A DNA stretch of 64,000 nucleotides, from positions 14,399 through 78,398 of the forward strand of contig JANRLX010000111.1 of assembly GCA_033762115.1 (NCBI GenBank), written 5' to 3'. This document shows positions 49,423 to 59,400 of the stretch, in pieces (the stretch's first letter is position 1; each line of letters opens with the position of its first letter). Made by a program: the position numbers and the translations under genes. The notes beneath the pieces were generated by a model, which saw only the letters and a program-made list of their open reading frames with translations, was not told the origin of the DNA and did no database searches. The DNA is from Verrucomicrobiota bacterium (GTDB lineage: Bacteria; Verrucomicrobiota; Verrucomicrobiia; Limisphaerales; SXQI01).

Positions 49423-51499
49423 ACTTCAAAACTGGACCGACTTGCTCCTGGTCGCCCTCGCGAATGGGATTTTGCAGGGAATGGTTCTCACCTTCGTCGT
49501 TGGGCTTGGGTTGAAACTGGTCCCGCGCCTGAACGCGACAACCCGCCATGCCGTTCTCTTTTGCACGTTAATCATTGTCACGGCATTGCCATTTGCGAAC
49601 TTTCTGAATCGCTCTCAATCCGTTCCTGCTGAGCCAAAGGTTCAAACTCCATTGGCGATGGAAACGTTTCATTCCTCTGAAAACCAGCTCCCATTCAATC
49701 AGGAAACCGAAAGTTACGTTGCCGCTGAGATGACTATTAATACAGCCGAGGGTTCTCAACCGGACATTGTTCAGGATGGGGAAGTCATCGCTGAAACTGC
49801 GGAAATAGAAAATTCCGACCCCGCTCCAACCGCTTTGGAATCGGCTGCGCCTGCGCTACCGCCCCATCAGATTGAACCGGTTTCGGTGGAAGTTCCACAC
49901 CTTTGGGAGAATTTGCTGTCCAGTTTTCCCGCCATTTCTCGCGAGTGGAGCGTTGCAGTTCCAAATTGGTTTGGAGTCAGCCTGTTAAGTGGGCTGGCGC
50001 TGATCGCATTGATCCGGCTGGGCCGATTGATCATGCAATTGGAACAATTGCGAAAGCTCAAGCAAACCGCTTCTTCGCCGAACGAACAGCTTACCGCCCT
50101 TTTCCTCAAGCTGACGGGGGAAAAACAATTTAAACGAGCGCCGGTCCTGGCGATCTCGCAACAGGCCCAGGCCCCCATGTTGGTCGGGTTTCGGCACCCC
50201 GCCGTAATTCTTCCCACTGCGCTTGCGCAGGACACCGTAGGAATTGAGCAGATCCTGCGACATGAACTGGCCCATCTGGATCGGGATGATGATTGGAGCA
50301 ACCTGGCTCAGCAACTGGTCAAAAGCCTTTTCTTTGTTCAACCAGCCGTGCACTGGCTTTCGCGCCGCCTGACTATCGAGAGGGAGATTGCCTGTGACGA
50401 TCATGTTCTCGCCGCCATCCAGGCGCCCCATGCTTATGCACTCCTCCTCGCCGAATTTGCCGCTCAGCACCGGAATCAAGTCACGCTTTCAGCAGCGCCC
50501 GCTGCCTGGAGCAAAACAAGTCAACTCAAGGAAAGAATCAATATGATATTAAACTCTCAAAGAAACTCCTCGCCTCGCCTTTCCCGCGTGGGGGTGGGGT
50601 TGCTCAGCGTCGCCGCAATAATTGTCGCGGCTTTGGTCATGGCTGGGCCGCGTCTGATTATTGCCGACGAGGCACAGCCTGAACAGGTGGATGAAACATC
50701 CATTAAAGAGGAGTCCGCCAGTGAAGTGAGTGCCCCTGTGGAAACGACCATTTCCGCCAATGGGCAGGATCTGGTCGTCACGGCGCCCAATGTGGAAACC
50801 ACCATTCATTTTTCGCATGGTGATCTTGCGCAGGCTTCCGCGCCACGCCACAAACCACATCCTTACCCAATGCCCACCCCTGCCCACCCTGGTGCAGCAA
50901 ATCCCCACCCTGCCCCGGAACCTCCTGAAGCTCCTGACATCCCCTCTGCGGACATTTCAAAACCTGGAGGTTCAAAAGGCTATTTCGGGCACGATGCAGA
51001 CACCCATGAACGATTGGGCCGATTGGAACGGCAGGTGCAGGAGCTGCTCAGGCAGCGCGGTTCTGCCGGAGGCTCTGCATTCAGTTACCACGGATCCGAA
51101 AAGGGACCCTACTTCGATCCTGCAAGGGATATCATCAGTAAAGAGCAGATCGCCGAGATTGAAAAACAGGCCCGGAAAGCGGCTGAGCAGGCTGATCGTG
51201 AAGTGAAAGAGGCAATGAAGCATTTTGATCATTCCAAAAATTCTGCCAAAGCTCAGGCCCACGCTTGGGATTCTCAGGAGCGTGCCCGGAAGCGGATTGC
51301 AGCGGAGCGGCAATTGCTTCAGCAGCGCCAGAAAGCCCTGGAAATGGAGGCCAACCATCTGGAGCGGCAGATCGAACAACTCGAGCAGGAGGAAGAAAAG
51401 CTGGAGGAGCAACGCAACGAACAGTTTCAGCAGGGAGAAGAGAAGCGTCGGGAAGAGGAAAGTAAAAAGAACAAATCCAGCGTAACAGCGCCTTTCTGA
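49412..51499 (+). CDS. M56 (BlaR1-like) membrane metallopeptidase with a Pro-rich and coiled-coil C-terminus
   Basis: HELAH, REIACDD and LKERI motifs; overlaps blaI; no penicillin-binding domain. Confidence 0.9.
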   Translation: MKNELQNWTDLLLVALANGILQGMVLTFVVGLGLKLVPRLNATTRHAVLFCTLIIVTALPFANFLNRSQSVPAEPKVQTPLAMETFHSSENQLPFNQETESYVAAEMTINTAEGSQPDIVQDGEVIAETAEIENSDPAPTALESAAPALPPHQIEPVSVEVPHLWENLLSSFPAISREWSVAVPNWFGVSLLSGLALIALIRLGRLIMQLEQLRKLKQTASSPNEQLTALFLKLTGEKQFKRAPVLAISQQAQAPMLVGFRHPAVILPTALAQDTVGIEQILRHELAHLDRDDDWSNLAQQLVKSLFFVQPAVHWLSRRLTIEREIACDDHVLAAIQAPHAYALLLAEFAAQHRNQVTLSAAPAAWSKTSQLKERINMILNSQRNSSPRLSRVGVGLLSVAAIIVAALVMAGPRLIIADEAQPEQVDETSIKEESASEVSAPVETTISANGQDLVVTAPNVETTIHFSHGDLAQASAPRHKPHPYPMPTPAHPGAANPHPAPEPPEAPDIPSADISKPGGSKGYFGHDADTHERLGRLERQVQELLRQRGSAGGSAFSYHGSEKGPYFDPARDIISKEQIAEIEKQARKAAEQADREVKEAMKHFDHSKNSAKAQAHAWDSQERARKRIAAERQLLQQRQKALEMEANHLERQIEQLEQEEEKLEEQRNEQFQQGEEKRREEESKKNKSSVTAPF

Positions 51500-51524
51500 G
51501 ATAACCTCCAGCCTTCTGATTCAC

Positions 51525-51561
51525 TTTGGAGGCAGGTACATATTCCATACCTGCTTCCAAA
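51525..51561 (+). other. Intercistronic 14-bp hairpin
   Basis: TTTGGAGGCAGGTA-9 nt-TACCTGCTTCCAAA; no U tract follows. Confidence 0.55.
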
Positions 51562-51584
51562 AACGGAAAATCCCTTCCACCCTT

Positions 51585-52724
51585 ATGAAACTGCTTCCTC
51601 CGCCTCAGGCGCAACAAATCACCCCGGCTGTCCACCTCGAATTTATCCAGAACCAGGCTCATGTGGCTGATGGCAAAGGTCTGGAAGAAATCGAAAATTA
51701 CCATCGGTCTCTCTTTTTACATGAGCACGCGGCTGAGATCGAACGGGCTCATCAGGAAGTGCGCATTCATCAGGATCGCCTGACACATTTGCAGCAGCGG
51801 CTGGATCAGACCCAGGCCCGCCTTGTCACTTTGGACCCACATATTCCTGCCATGCAGGATGGTGAAGCCGACGTTAAACCGACCGCTCCCTGGAATTTCT
51901 GGGACCGCACAATGTTTGCCTCAGCTTTTTTGGCGATCCTCGTTCTGATGGTATTTGGTGTGTTGAACATTTCCTTCAACCTCCTGGAATCCGGGCTTGT
52001 CACCTTCATTGAAAGCCCTGTCCGCGCCTACTTTTGGGCGGCGCTGCTGCCCATCGGGGCATTGGGAGTGAAAGTGGGTTGGGATTGCCTGCGGAACGCG
52101 CGGCTTCGCGATATTTACCTCTGGTCCAGTTTGGCTGTCGGCGTCCTGGCAGTGCTCGTCTGGGTGGCGGCTTATTCTGCGATCTACCCCACTCTTTCCA
52201 GGAGCACAGCCGAACAGATCGAATCACTCAGTGTCTTCGATGAAAAACAACCGAAGGAGTCCGGCTTGCTGGGAATGAATTCCGCCGGAACGAAATGGGT
52301 TGATATCATCGCCGTCGCTTCCCAGGCCATCGCCGAAATTTTTCTCTCCGCTGTCCTCGGGATGTACATGACCACTCTTTATAATCGGCATCGACCGGTC
52401 CAACTGGCTTCCAACCCATTGTTCACGCAGGTGGAGAAAGAGCGGTTGTCATTGCAGCAAAGCGTCGCCACTGAACGTACCGCGCTGGCCCAGGCTCTTG
52501 GCGTAAAAAGCCGGTTGGAAAATCAACTGTCTGCGCTGGTCGCCTACGCAAAATCAATTTACCAAAAGGAAACAGCATTGATTCGCGATCAGGTGCATCA
52601 AAAAAATGTGCTTCTCGAACAAATCTCAACGCAGTTGCGCACCCAACTTGAAACATTCGAGCAGGGGCGAAATGGAAATGGACACGGCAAATCTTCATTG
52701 ATCTCAGGAAGGAGCGCAGAATGA
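51585..52724 (+). CDS. Hypothetical 4-TM membrane protein with N- and C-terminal coiled coils
   Basis: Four hydrophobic segments flanked by heptad-like Gln/Glu/Leu-rich regions. Confidence 0.8.
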   Translation: MKLLPPPQAQQITPAVHLEFIQNQAHVADGKGLEEIENYHRSLFLHEHAAEIERAHQEVRIHQDRLTHLQQRLDQTQARLVTLDPHIPAMQDGEADVKPTAPWNFWDRTMFASAFLAILVLMVFGVLNISFNLLESGLVTFIESPVRAYFWAALLPIGALGVKVGWDCLRNARLRDIYLWSSLAVGVLAVLVWVAAYSAIYPTLSRSTAEQIESLSVFDEKQPKESGLLGMNSAGTKWVDIIAVASQAIAEIFLSAVLGMYMTTLYNRHRPVQLASNPLFTQVEKERLSLQQSVATERTALAQALGVKSRLENQLSALVAYAKSIYQKETALIRDQVHQKNVLLEQISTQLRTQLETFEQGRNGNGHGKSSLISGRSAE

Positions 52725-54031
52725 ATTTTCGAAATCTAATCGTTGCGACACTGCTGGTTTTCTTCACGGCGATCTCGCACGCAATCGAAAACGCCAGGGC
52801 CAAAACGCGTTACGTTGTGGGGCTTTCACCCTTTTTGGAAAAATCCTCCAAGGATGAGGTTTATCGGCGAGTCGCAACCTTGTTGGTCGAAGATCTTCCC
52901 ATTCATTCTTCTCTGACACTTTATGATGCCTACCATCTCCGCACGATTACCACCTTCGAAATTCCCGATGTCTTGGCTTTTAAAACAGGCAGAACACGGG
53001 CGGCGCAATTCAAGGGGGAATTTCGCAAATTAAAGGAATTCCTTGCCAGCGAATCCGCCCGGCCCAAAACAGAACTTGATTTGAACGGCGCGGTTCGGCT
53101 TCCACAGTTCCTTGACTTTGTCGCGGAGCATCAGGTCAGGGAAGCTTCCCCACTCACGATGATTATCCTCGGTTCTCCACTTTACCTGGACCAGAAGGAA
53201 CCCGGCTTTTCTATGGTCAACGGCTTTTTCCCTTCTGATGGACATCTGCTTGCCACTCGTGAGCAATCCATCTACGGAGCCAAAAATCGTTCAGGACTCC
53301 TCAACAACCTCTCCCTTCATTTCGGTTATTTTGGCGATCCCTGGTTGAGCGAATTGCATCAGGAAAAGATTGGCCGGTTCTGGTCTCTTTATCTCAAGGA
53401 ACAAGGCGCGGTTCTCTCCACCTTCACCTCGGATCTCGCTACCGTATTCAAAGCAGCGGCTTCGGAGAGAGGCGAAATCCGCCGAAATTACGCAGAGTTG
53501 GACCGGACTGCCTCCAAGCTCGAAATGTTGCGAATCACTCGGGACATCGGAGTCACCGATTGGATTACCCGCGAGTTGCCCGCCAACCTGCCTCAACCAC
53601 CTCCCGGCAAAACTGTTGGGCCGATGAAGATCGGGATTCGCTGGCAGGGCAATCTCGACCTCGATTTGTATGCGAGCGCAACCCCCGATTCCGAAACCCT
53701 TTTTTTCGAGCACACCCGTGCCCCCGAGGGATACTATTTTAAAGACCACCGCTCCTCCCCGGAGCGTGAGTATGAGTTTATTGAATTCGAAACGCCCGTT
53801 GATCTTTTCAAGCTGCAGGCGAGTATCAACTTTTACCACGGCGATGCCCCGAACGGGGCGACTGGCGAAGTGCGGATCGAATTTGACGGGCGGATTTACA
53901 CCGGTTCATTTACCATTCCTGCTCGGCATGGAAATGAAGGAAGAACAGGCCGTCACCAGCAGGATTTCTGGACGAAAATTGATCTTCTTAAAATCCTGAA
54001 ACTCACCCCGGCCACAGCTGCGGGGTTGTGA
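52721..54031 (+). CDS. Secreted hypothetical protein with a vWA-like domain and a YfaP/DUF2135-like C-terminus
   Basis: Signal peptide ending SHA; alternating beta/alpha pattern ending FWSLYLKEQGA; IRWQGNLDLDLY motif; ATGA overlap with the upstream gene. Confidence 0.7.
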   Translation: MNFRNLIVATLLVFFTAISHAIENARAKTRYVVGLSPFLEKSSKDEVYRRVATLLVEDLPIHSSLTLYDAYHLRTITTFEIPDVLAFKTGRTRAAQFKGEFRKLKEFLASESARPKTELDLNGAVRLPQFLDFVAEHQVREASPLTMIILGSPLYLDQKEPGFSMVNGFFPSDGHLLATREQSIYGAKNRSGLLNNLSLHFGYFGDPWLSELHQEKIGRFWSLYLKEQGAVLSTFTSDLATVFKAAASERGEIRRNYAELDRTASKLEMLRITRDIGVTDWITRELPANLPQPPPGKTVGPMKIGIRWQGNLDLDLYASATPDSETLFFEHTRAPEGYYFKDHRSSPEREYEFIEFETPVDLFKLQASINFYHGDAPNGATGEVRIEFDGRIYTGSFTIPARHGNEGRTGRHQQDFWTKIDLLKILKLTPATAAGL

Positions 54032-54034
54032 TGC

Positions 54035-54943
54035 TTACTTTTTGATAAACTGGCTTTCGATAAGCCATTTTTCAACCAGCATAGGCCATTCGGAAACATT
54101 CTTGCCGATCTTGCGAAGACCATACCCATGGCCACCGCTCGGATATATATGTAGTTCGGCGGGAACACCCGCCTTCTTCAACGCAAGATAATAAAAGAGG
54201 CTGTTCTCCACCCGCACCGAGTCATCTCCAGTCTGCACAATAAAGGTAGGAGGAGTGGCTGCGGAGACTTTCATTTCAGGACTCAATTCCTCCGGTTTCT
54301 CTTTGTTGGTCAGGTAGGCTGAATAAATCAACACGGTGAAATCAGGCCGGGCGCTGAGTTTATCCGCTGCATCAATCAGCTGATAGGAACGTTCCTGGAA
54401 ATTGTTGCTCGTTACCGCGGAAAGGTGGCCCCCTGCCGAAAACCCAAGGATACCCACGCGCTTTTCATCAATCCCCCAATTCTTAGCCTGCTGACGAATC
54501 AGGCCGAGCGCCCGTTGAGCATCCTGCATCGGCGCAAGATGCCGTTCCTGCCCTTTCCTCGCTGGAACACGATATTTCAAGAGAACCGCATTGACCCCAA
54601 TCGAGTTCAGCCATTCGCAGATCTCCGTTCCTTCAAGGTCCATCGCCAGGATGTGATATCCACCACCGGGGCAGACCAGCACCGTCGCGCCACTGTTCTT
54701 TTCCTTCGCTGCGGGATAGAACGTTATCGTGGGCACAGAGACATTCCCCAATCGCACCACTCTCTGGCCAGCCACCAATCCTCCCTTTTCATCAGTGGTG
54801 TCTTTTTCCTCTCCGATCGTTCCTTGCTCGCCAGGTGGCGTCCCTGGCCAAAGTGCGATGGGCTCCAATGGTACTGCTATCAGGCTGGTCATAACGGAAA
54901 TCAGGGAAAACGCCGTGACGAGAAGGAAAATTCGAACGTGCAT
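54035..54943 (-). CDS. Secreted alpha/beta hydrolase (BD-FAE-like carbohydrate esterase)
   Basis: CPGGGY, LKYR, GFSAGGHL, PPTF..DD and GGHGYG motifs. Confidence 0.9.
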   Translation of the reverse strand: MHVRIFLLVTAFSLISVMTSLIAVPLEPIALWPGTPPGEQGTIGEEKDTTDEKGGLVAGQRVVRLGNVSVPTITFYPAAKEKNSGATVLVCPGGGYHILAMDLEGTEICEWLNSIGVNAVLLKYRVPARKGQERHLAPMQDAQRALGLIRQQAKNWGIDEKRVGILGFSAGGHLSAVTSNNFQERSYQLIDAADKLSARPDFTVLIYSAYLTNKEKPEELSPEMKVSAATPPTFIVQTGDDSVRVENSLFYYLALKKAGVPAELHIYPSGGHGYGLRKIGKNVSEWPMLVEKWLIESQFIKK

Positions 54944-55065
54944 TCCGCCATGAAATTGGATTTGAGGGAACGAGCAAGAAAAATAGCTGCCCTCCCTTAA
55001 TCATGGGAGCAGCAGCTTCTTTCAAACCGCTTCCGAGGCGGAAGCGACCATATGATCAAATGAAC

Positions 55066-55455
55066 TTACTTGCGACGCGCGCAACGGGATGCCTGGATGC
55101 TTTTGACCGCAAACATCGCCAGTGGCAGCAGGCTGTGGATAAACTCAAACTTCACAGCAGTTTTCAGCGGGTCGCGTCCATCCACAGGCCGTTCCTCAGG
55201 CTGGTGTGAGGCAGGTGTGTGCCGTCCCCGAGGCACCATCATTCCCAAAATAAATGCGACTCCTGCTGCAATCCCTATTGAAGTCCATGCATTTGCATGC
55301 ACGTACTCATCCGTGCGCAACGCTGCATATTTTCCCTTCTCTCTGGCGGCCATCTGTAATTCATTCAGCGTGAACTTGCCGCTCCTGATTCCGTCTCGCA
55401 CCTTCTCGCTCACAGAATGCAGGTGAGCAGCACTTTTCTCCATGATTTTAGGCAT
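55066..55455 (-). CDS. DUF883/YqjD/ElaB-like protein with a C-terminal extension
   Basis: TDEYVHANAWTSIGIAAGVAFILG motif. Confidence 0.78.
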   Translation of the reverse strand: MPKIMEKSAAHLHSVSEKVRDGIRSGKFTLNELQMAAREKGKYAALRTDEYVHANAWTSIGIAAGVAFILGMMVPRGRHTPASHQPEERPVDGRDPLKTAVKFEFIHSLLPLAMFAVKSIQASRCARRK

Positions 55456-55536
55456 AAACCTTCCTTTCCATGGAATCAAGATAACGTGTCCCCGCAGGAT
55501 GAAAATCAGGGGAAAACCGGATCAATCGTTCCGATA

Positions 55537-56475
55537 TCACCTGTGAACTGAAACCTGTTTGTGCGCTTCACCGGCTTCACGTGCCAGCAGCAAGGCTCCG
55601 CGCGGCACCACATCCTCGCCAAGCTTCGCCAGCGCAATTCGCGGACCGGGATAAAAAGCTTCCATCAAATAGTTTGCCAGGAATCGCTCCACCGTCGAAA
55701 CCAGCAACTCACCCATGAGTGACAATCCTCCACCCAAAACCACACTTTGCGGATGACATAAATGAATCACGTGTGACAAGCCAAACGCCAGGTCATCGCA
55801 GGTCTCTTGCAGGATTCGCATGGCCACTGGATCAGCCCGTTGAACTGCGGTTGCCAGATGGCGTGCCTCACCCCCTTCTGCTGTGACCAGGGTTTTGAGC
55901 AAACTGTTCTCTCTGCTTGCGAGTGCCTCACGAATTTTCCGGTCCACCGCCCATCCACTGCAACTCTCCTCCAGAATGCGCCCATCCTTTCCAAGACGCA
56001 AATGCCCGATCTCCGCTTCCCCAGGCACAGCGCCATGATAGATTCGATTCTCCACCACCAATCCACCTCCGACACCGCTGCCCATTGTAATGTAGAAAAC
56101 GGGATTAAATCCAATTCCTGAACCAAGCAACGCTTCAGCCAATGCAGCCGTGTTCGCGTCATTATCCACCCTTACCGGTGCTTTGGTTAATTCGAAAAGC
56201 CACTCTGAAATCGGAAACTCCGACCAACCCTCGATTTGGTGTGAACAGGCTATCTTCCCTGTTTGCCAGTTCACCGGCCCGCCAAAACCGACTCCCACTC
56301 CTTTTAACAATTTCCCTTCCAGCAACCCGGGCAACGCGCTGCTAATCTGGTAACGAATCCCTTCCCCACCTTTGCTTCGCTCCACGTTAAGGCGGACCCT
56401 CTGAATAATCTCCGCTGACTCATTCCCCAAAACCAACTGCAACTTGGTCCCGCCAATTTCAATTCCTAAATACAT
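55537..56475 (-). CDS. ROK family sugar kinase
   Basis: LGIEIGGTK, GVGFGGP, DNDANTAALAE, GSGVGGG and EIGH motifs. Confidence 0.92.
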   Translation of the reverse strand: MYLGIEIGGTKLQLVLGNESAEIIQRVRLNVERSKGGEGIRYQISSALPGLLEGKLLKGVGVGFGGPVNWQTGKIACSHQIEGWSEFPISEWLFELTKAPVRVDNDANTAALAEALLGSGIGFNPVFYITMGSGVGGGLVVENRIYHGAVPGEAEIGHLRLGKDGRILEESCSGWAVDRKIREALASRENSLLKTLVTAEGGEARHLATAVQRADPVAMRILQETCDDLAFGLSHVIHLCHPQSVVLGGGLSLMGELLVSTVERFLANYLMEAFYPGPRIALAKLGEDVVPRGALLLAREAGEAHKQVSVHR

Positions 56476-56491
56476 CGAAGAAAATTCCACA

Positions 56492-59400
56492 TTAACCATA
56501 CGGATTTTGCGGGCGAAACTGCTCGATCAACGCTGTCAGCTCATTGGCCTGGATCGGTGTGCTGAGATATCCATCCATCGCGACAGAGAGACGGCGCTCC
56601 TTGTTCGCATCCATCATGTCCGTTGTCATGGCAATGACTTTGACCGGCTTTTGTGTGGATTGTTCCTTTTGGCGAATGGCTGCCAACGTTTCCAAACCTT
56701 CCAGGTGAGGCAAATCCATATCCAGAAGCACCATGTCATAATGCTGCCGCTCAAAAATCGCCATCGCTTCCCGAGCGTTTCTCGCAATCGTTACTCGGTG
56801 CCCCTGCCGCGCCAAAGTCCCCATCGCAATTTCCTGGTTCAACTGGCTGTCATCCACCACCATGATCGTCAATGGCAATTGACGTTCCGAACGCTGCCGT
56901 GGCGCCGGTTCCCGTTTTGCTGGTGATGCCGGAACAGCCGCGCTCTCAGGCGCAATGATTTCCTTGAGCACTGAGGCCAGCTCGGATGGATTGATCGGCT
57001 TGCGCACCGTGCGGGAAACTCCAAATTTTTTATAATCCTCAATCGGGTCATCAGGTTGCAGCAGCAGGACCAGTGGCGTCGAACGGTGCCGGTCATTCTC
57101 CAGCAATGTTTCAACAATTTGAAACCCATGCCGATCTCCAGCATGGGTATCGATCAGCACAGCGGCAAAACGCCTTCCTGCTTCATGGGCAATTTCAAGC
57201 ACATCCATCACTGAGGCTGGCTTTTCAATCACCGTGACCTTGAATCCCCAATGTTGCAGCAGATCATTCAGGAAACGGCGGGTCGTCAGATGCCCTTCCA
57301 CAATCAGCAGCGGCTTGTCCCGGAACGATTCGTTGATTTCAACGCTCGCATTCTCCTGGGATTGTGCGCTTCCAAAACCGGACGTGAAATGGAATGTCGT
57401 TCCACCGCCCACTTCACTTTCCACCCACAACCGTCCATGCATCATCTTGATCAGGCGATTGGAAATGAGCAGCCCAAAGCCCTGTGTTCCGGCAGTGAAC
57501 AGCGGCATTTCAGGCCCCGTGCTGTAAGCTTCAAGAATCTTCCGGATTTTATCCGGTTGCATCCCGATCCCGGTGTCCCGCACGGAAAAATGCAAATCCA
57601 CAGCCGGGCGCGGGCCTGCTTCCAGGATTGCCTGACTGTTCAACTCTACCTTCAGCACCACCTCCCCTTTTTCCGTGAACTTGATCCCGTTATCCAGAAG
57701 GCTGTTCAAAACCTGGAGCAGCCGTCCCTCATCTCCGAGGATAACCGTCGGCACTCCAGGAACCAAATGATACAGCAGTTCCAATCCCTTCCGTCGGGCC
57801 GCTCCCGCATGCGCCCGCACCGCTTTATCCAGGCACTCTGCAAGGTTGAACGGCAGGTACTCCAGCTCATTGGAAGAGCTGTCGATTCGGGAAAATTCCA
57901 GGACATCATTCACCAATCGCAACATCGATTGCGTCGATCCCTTGATCAGGTCCAGGTACTCTTTTTGATGAGACGTCACCGGTGTGCCGAGAAGCAGGTC
58001 AGTCAACCCGCTCACCCCATTCAGCGGGGTGCGCATTTCCTGGCAGATACTGGCGAGAAATTCACTTTTGGAACGATTTGCCCGTTCCGCCAATTCGCGG
58101 CCCCGTTCCAGTTCCATTCGTTTAGCACGTTCTGTGCTGATGGTTTGAAGGAACAGGATTGCCCCGCGAATCTGCTCTGCTTCATCCTGCCACGGTTGCA
58201 TTTTCCAGCGCACATAATCGTACGTCCCATCCCGCCGCAGCAATCGGTCCTCCTCCCGTTCTTCACTTAATCCCTGGAAACATTTTGCCGATGCGCGATG
58301 CCACCGTTCCTCCCCTTCACGAAACAAGGTCGGCAACGATTTTCCCATCACATCCCCACGGTCCAGGCCCATCTCAATGAGAAACCGATTGCTTACCAGC
58401 ACCACCCGCATTTCTCTGTCAATCACGAGCAGGTTGGCCGGCGCTTGCATCACCGTTTGCGCAAGGGCCCGCTCCTGTTCCATGTGCGCTTCACGCGCCG
58501 CATGCTCCCCGGTGATATCCTCTACCAGCCAAAGCGTGCGCCCTTTCCCCTGCGGCAGGGCGTGCAGCGCCACCATGACCGATTTCAACCCCGTTTCCAG
58601 CCGAAGCTCCCGTTTGCCTGACAAACCATTTTCAACCCCCAGCAGCAATCCGTTCAAGAGATGCTCTTGATTAGAAAAAAGGTTTAACCACCGTTTCTCT
58701 GCCAGGTCAGGCCAGCTCCGTTGCGTCAATTCCTGGAATCTCCCGTTCGCGCTGATGCATTGATGGGTCGAGTCTGTGATCAGCATTCCAAAAACTGAAT
58801 GCTCCAGCACATTGCCCTGTTCGCTTCTGCTTTCGGCTTTCTTTTCGCAAACCAGCAGCACGAAATACTCAGGACGCCCCTTTTCCAACCGGATTGGCAC
58901 CATCCGCAGGTTGAATTCAGCCGAAGCGCTTCGGTTTCGGCAGGTAATCTCCAATTCCCCGGACAGTTCGCACTCCGGCGTCCGCAACGATTTTCCATCA
59001 CTTTCCAACCCCAGTTCAAACAATGAAACCCCCACCAGTTTGTCTGCGGAAATTCCAATTAAATCAGCGGCGGCCGCGTTCAAACTTTCGATCTCATACC
59101 GCGAATTCAATCGCAGCAAACCAATCTCATCCAGGGTTTCCGCGAGCAGGTGCGATTCCACATGCCGCAGCTTTTTCGCTTCCAGCGCTTCCTCCTCCGC
59201 CGTCAGATCCATCACTTCCAGCAGCCATTCATCCCCGCTTTTCAGGAATGACAACCGAACCACAGCCGCGCGTTCACCCACCAGCCAACGATCTTCAAAA
59301 TGATGCGCCGCCTGCTTTTCCTCAATGATCTGACGCCACTGCTCACGCCCGGACGGACTTAGCAATTCCATCAACTCGACTTTGCTTCCCCCGATAAACG

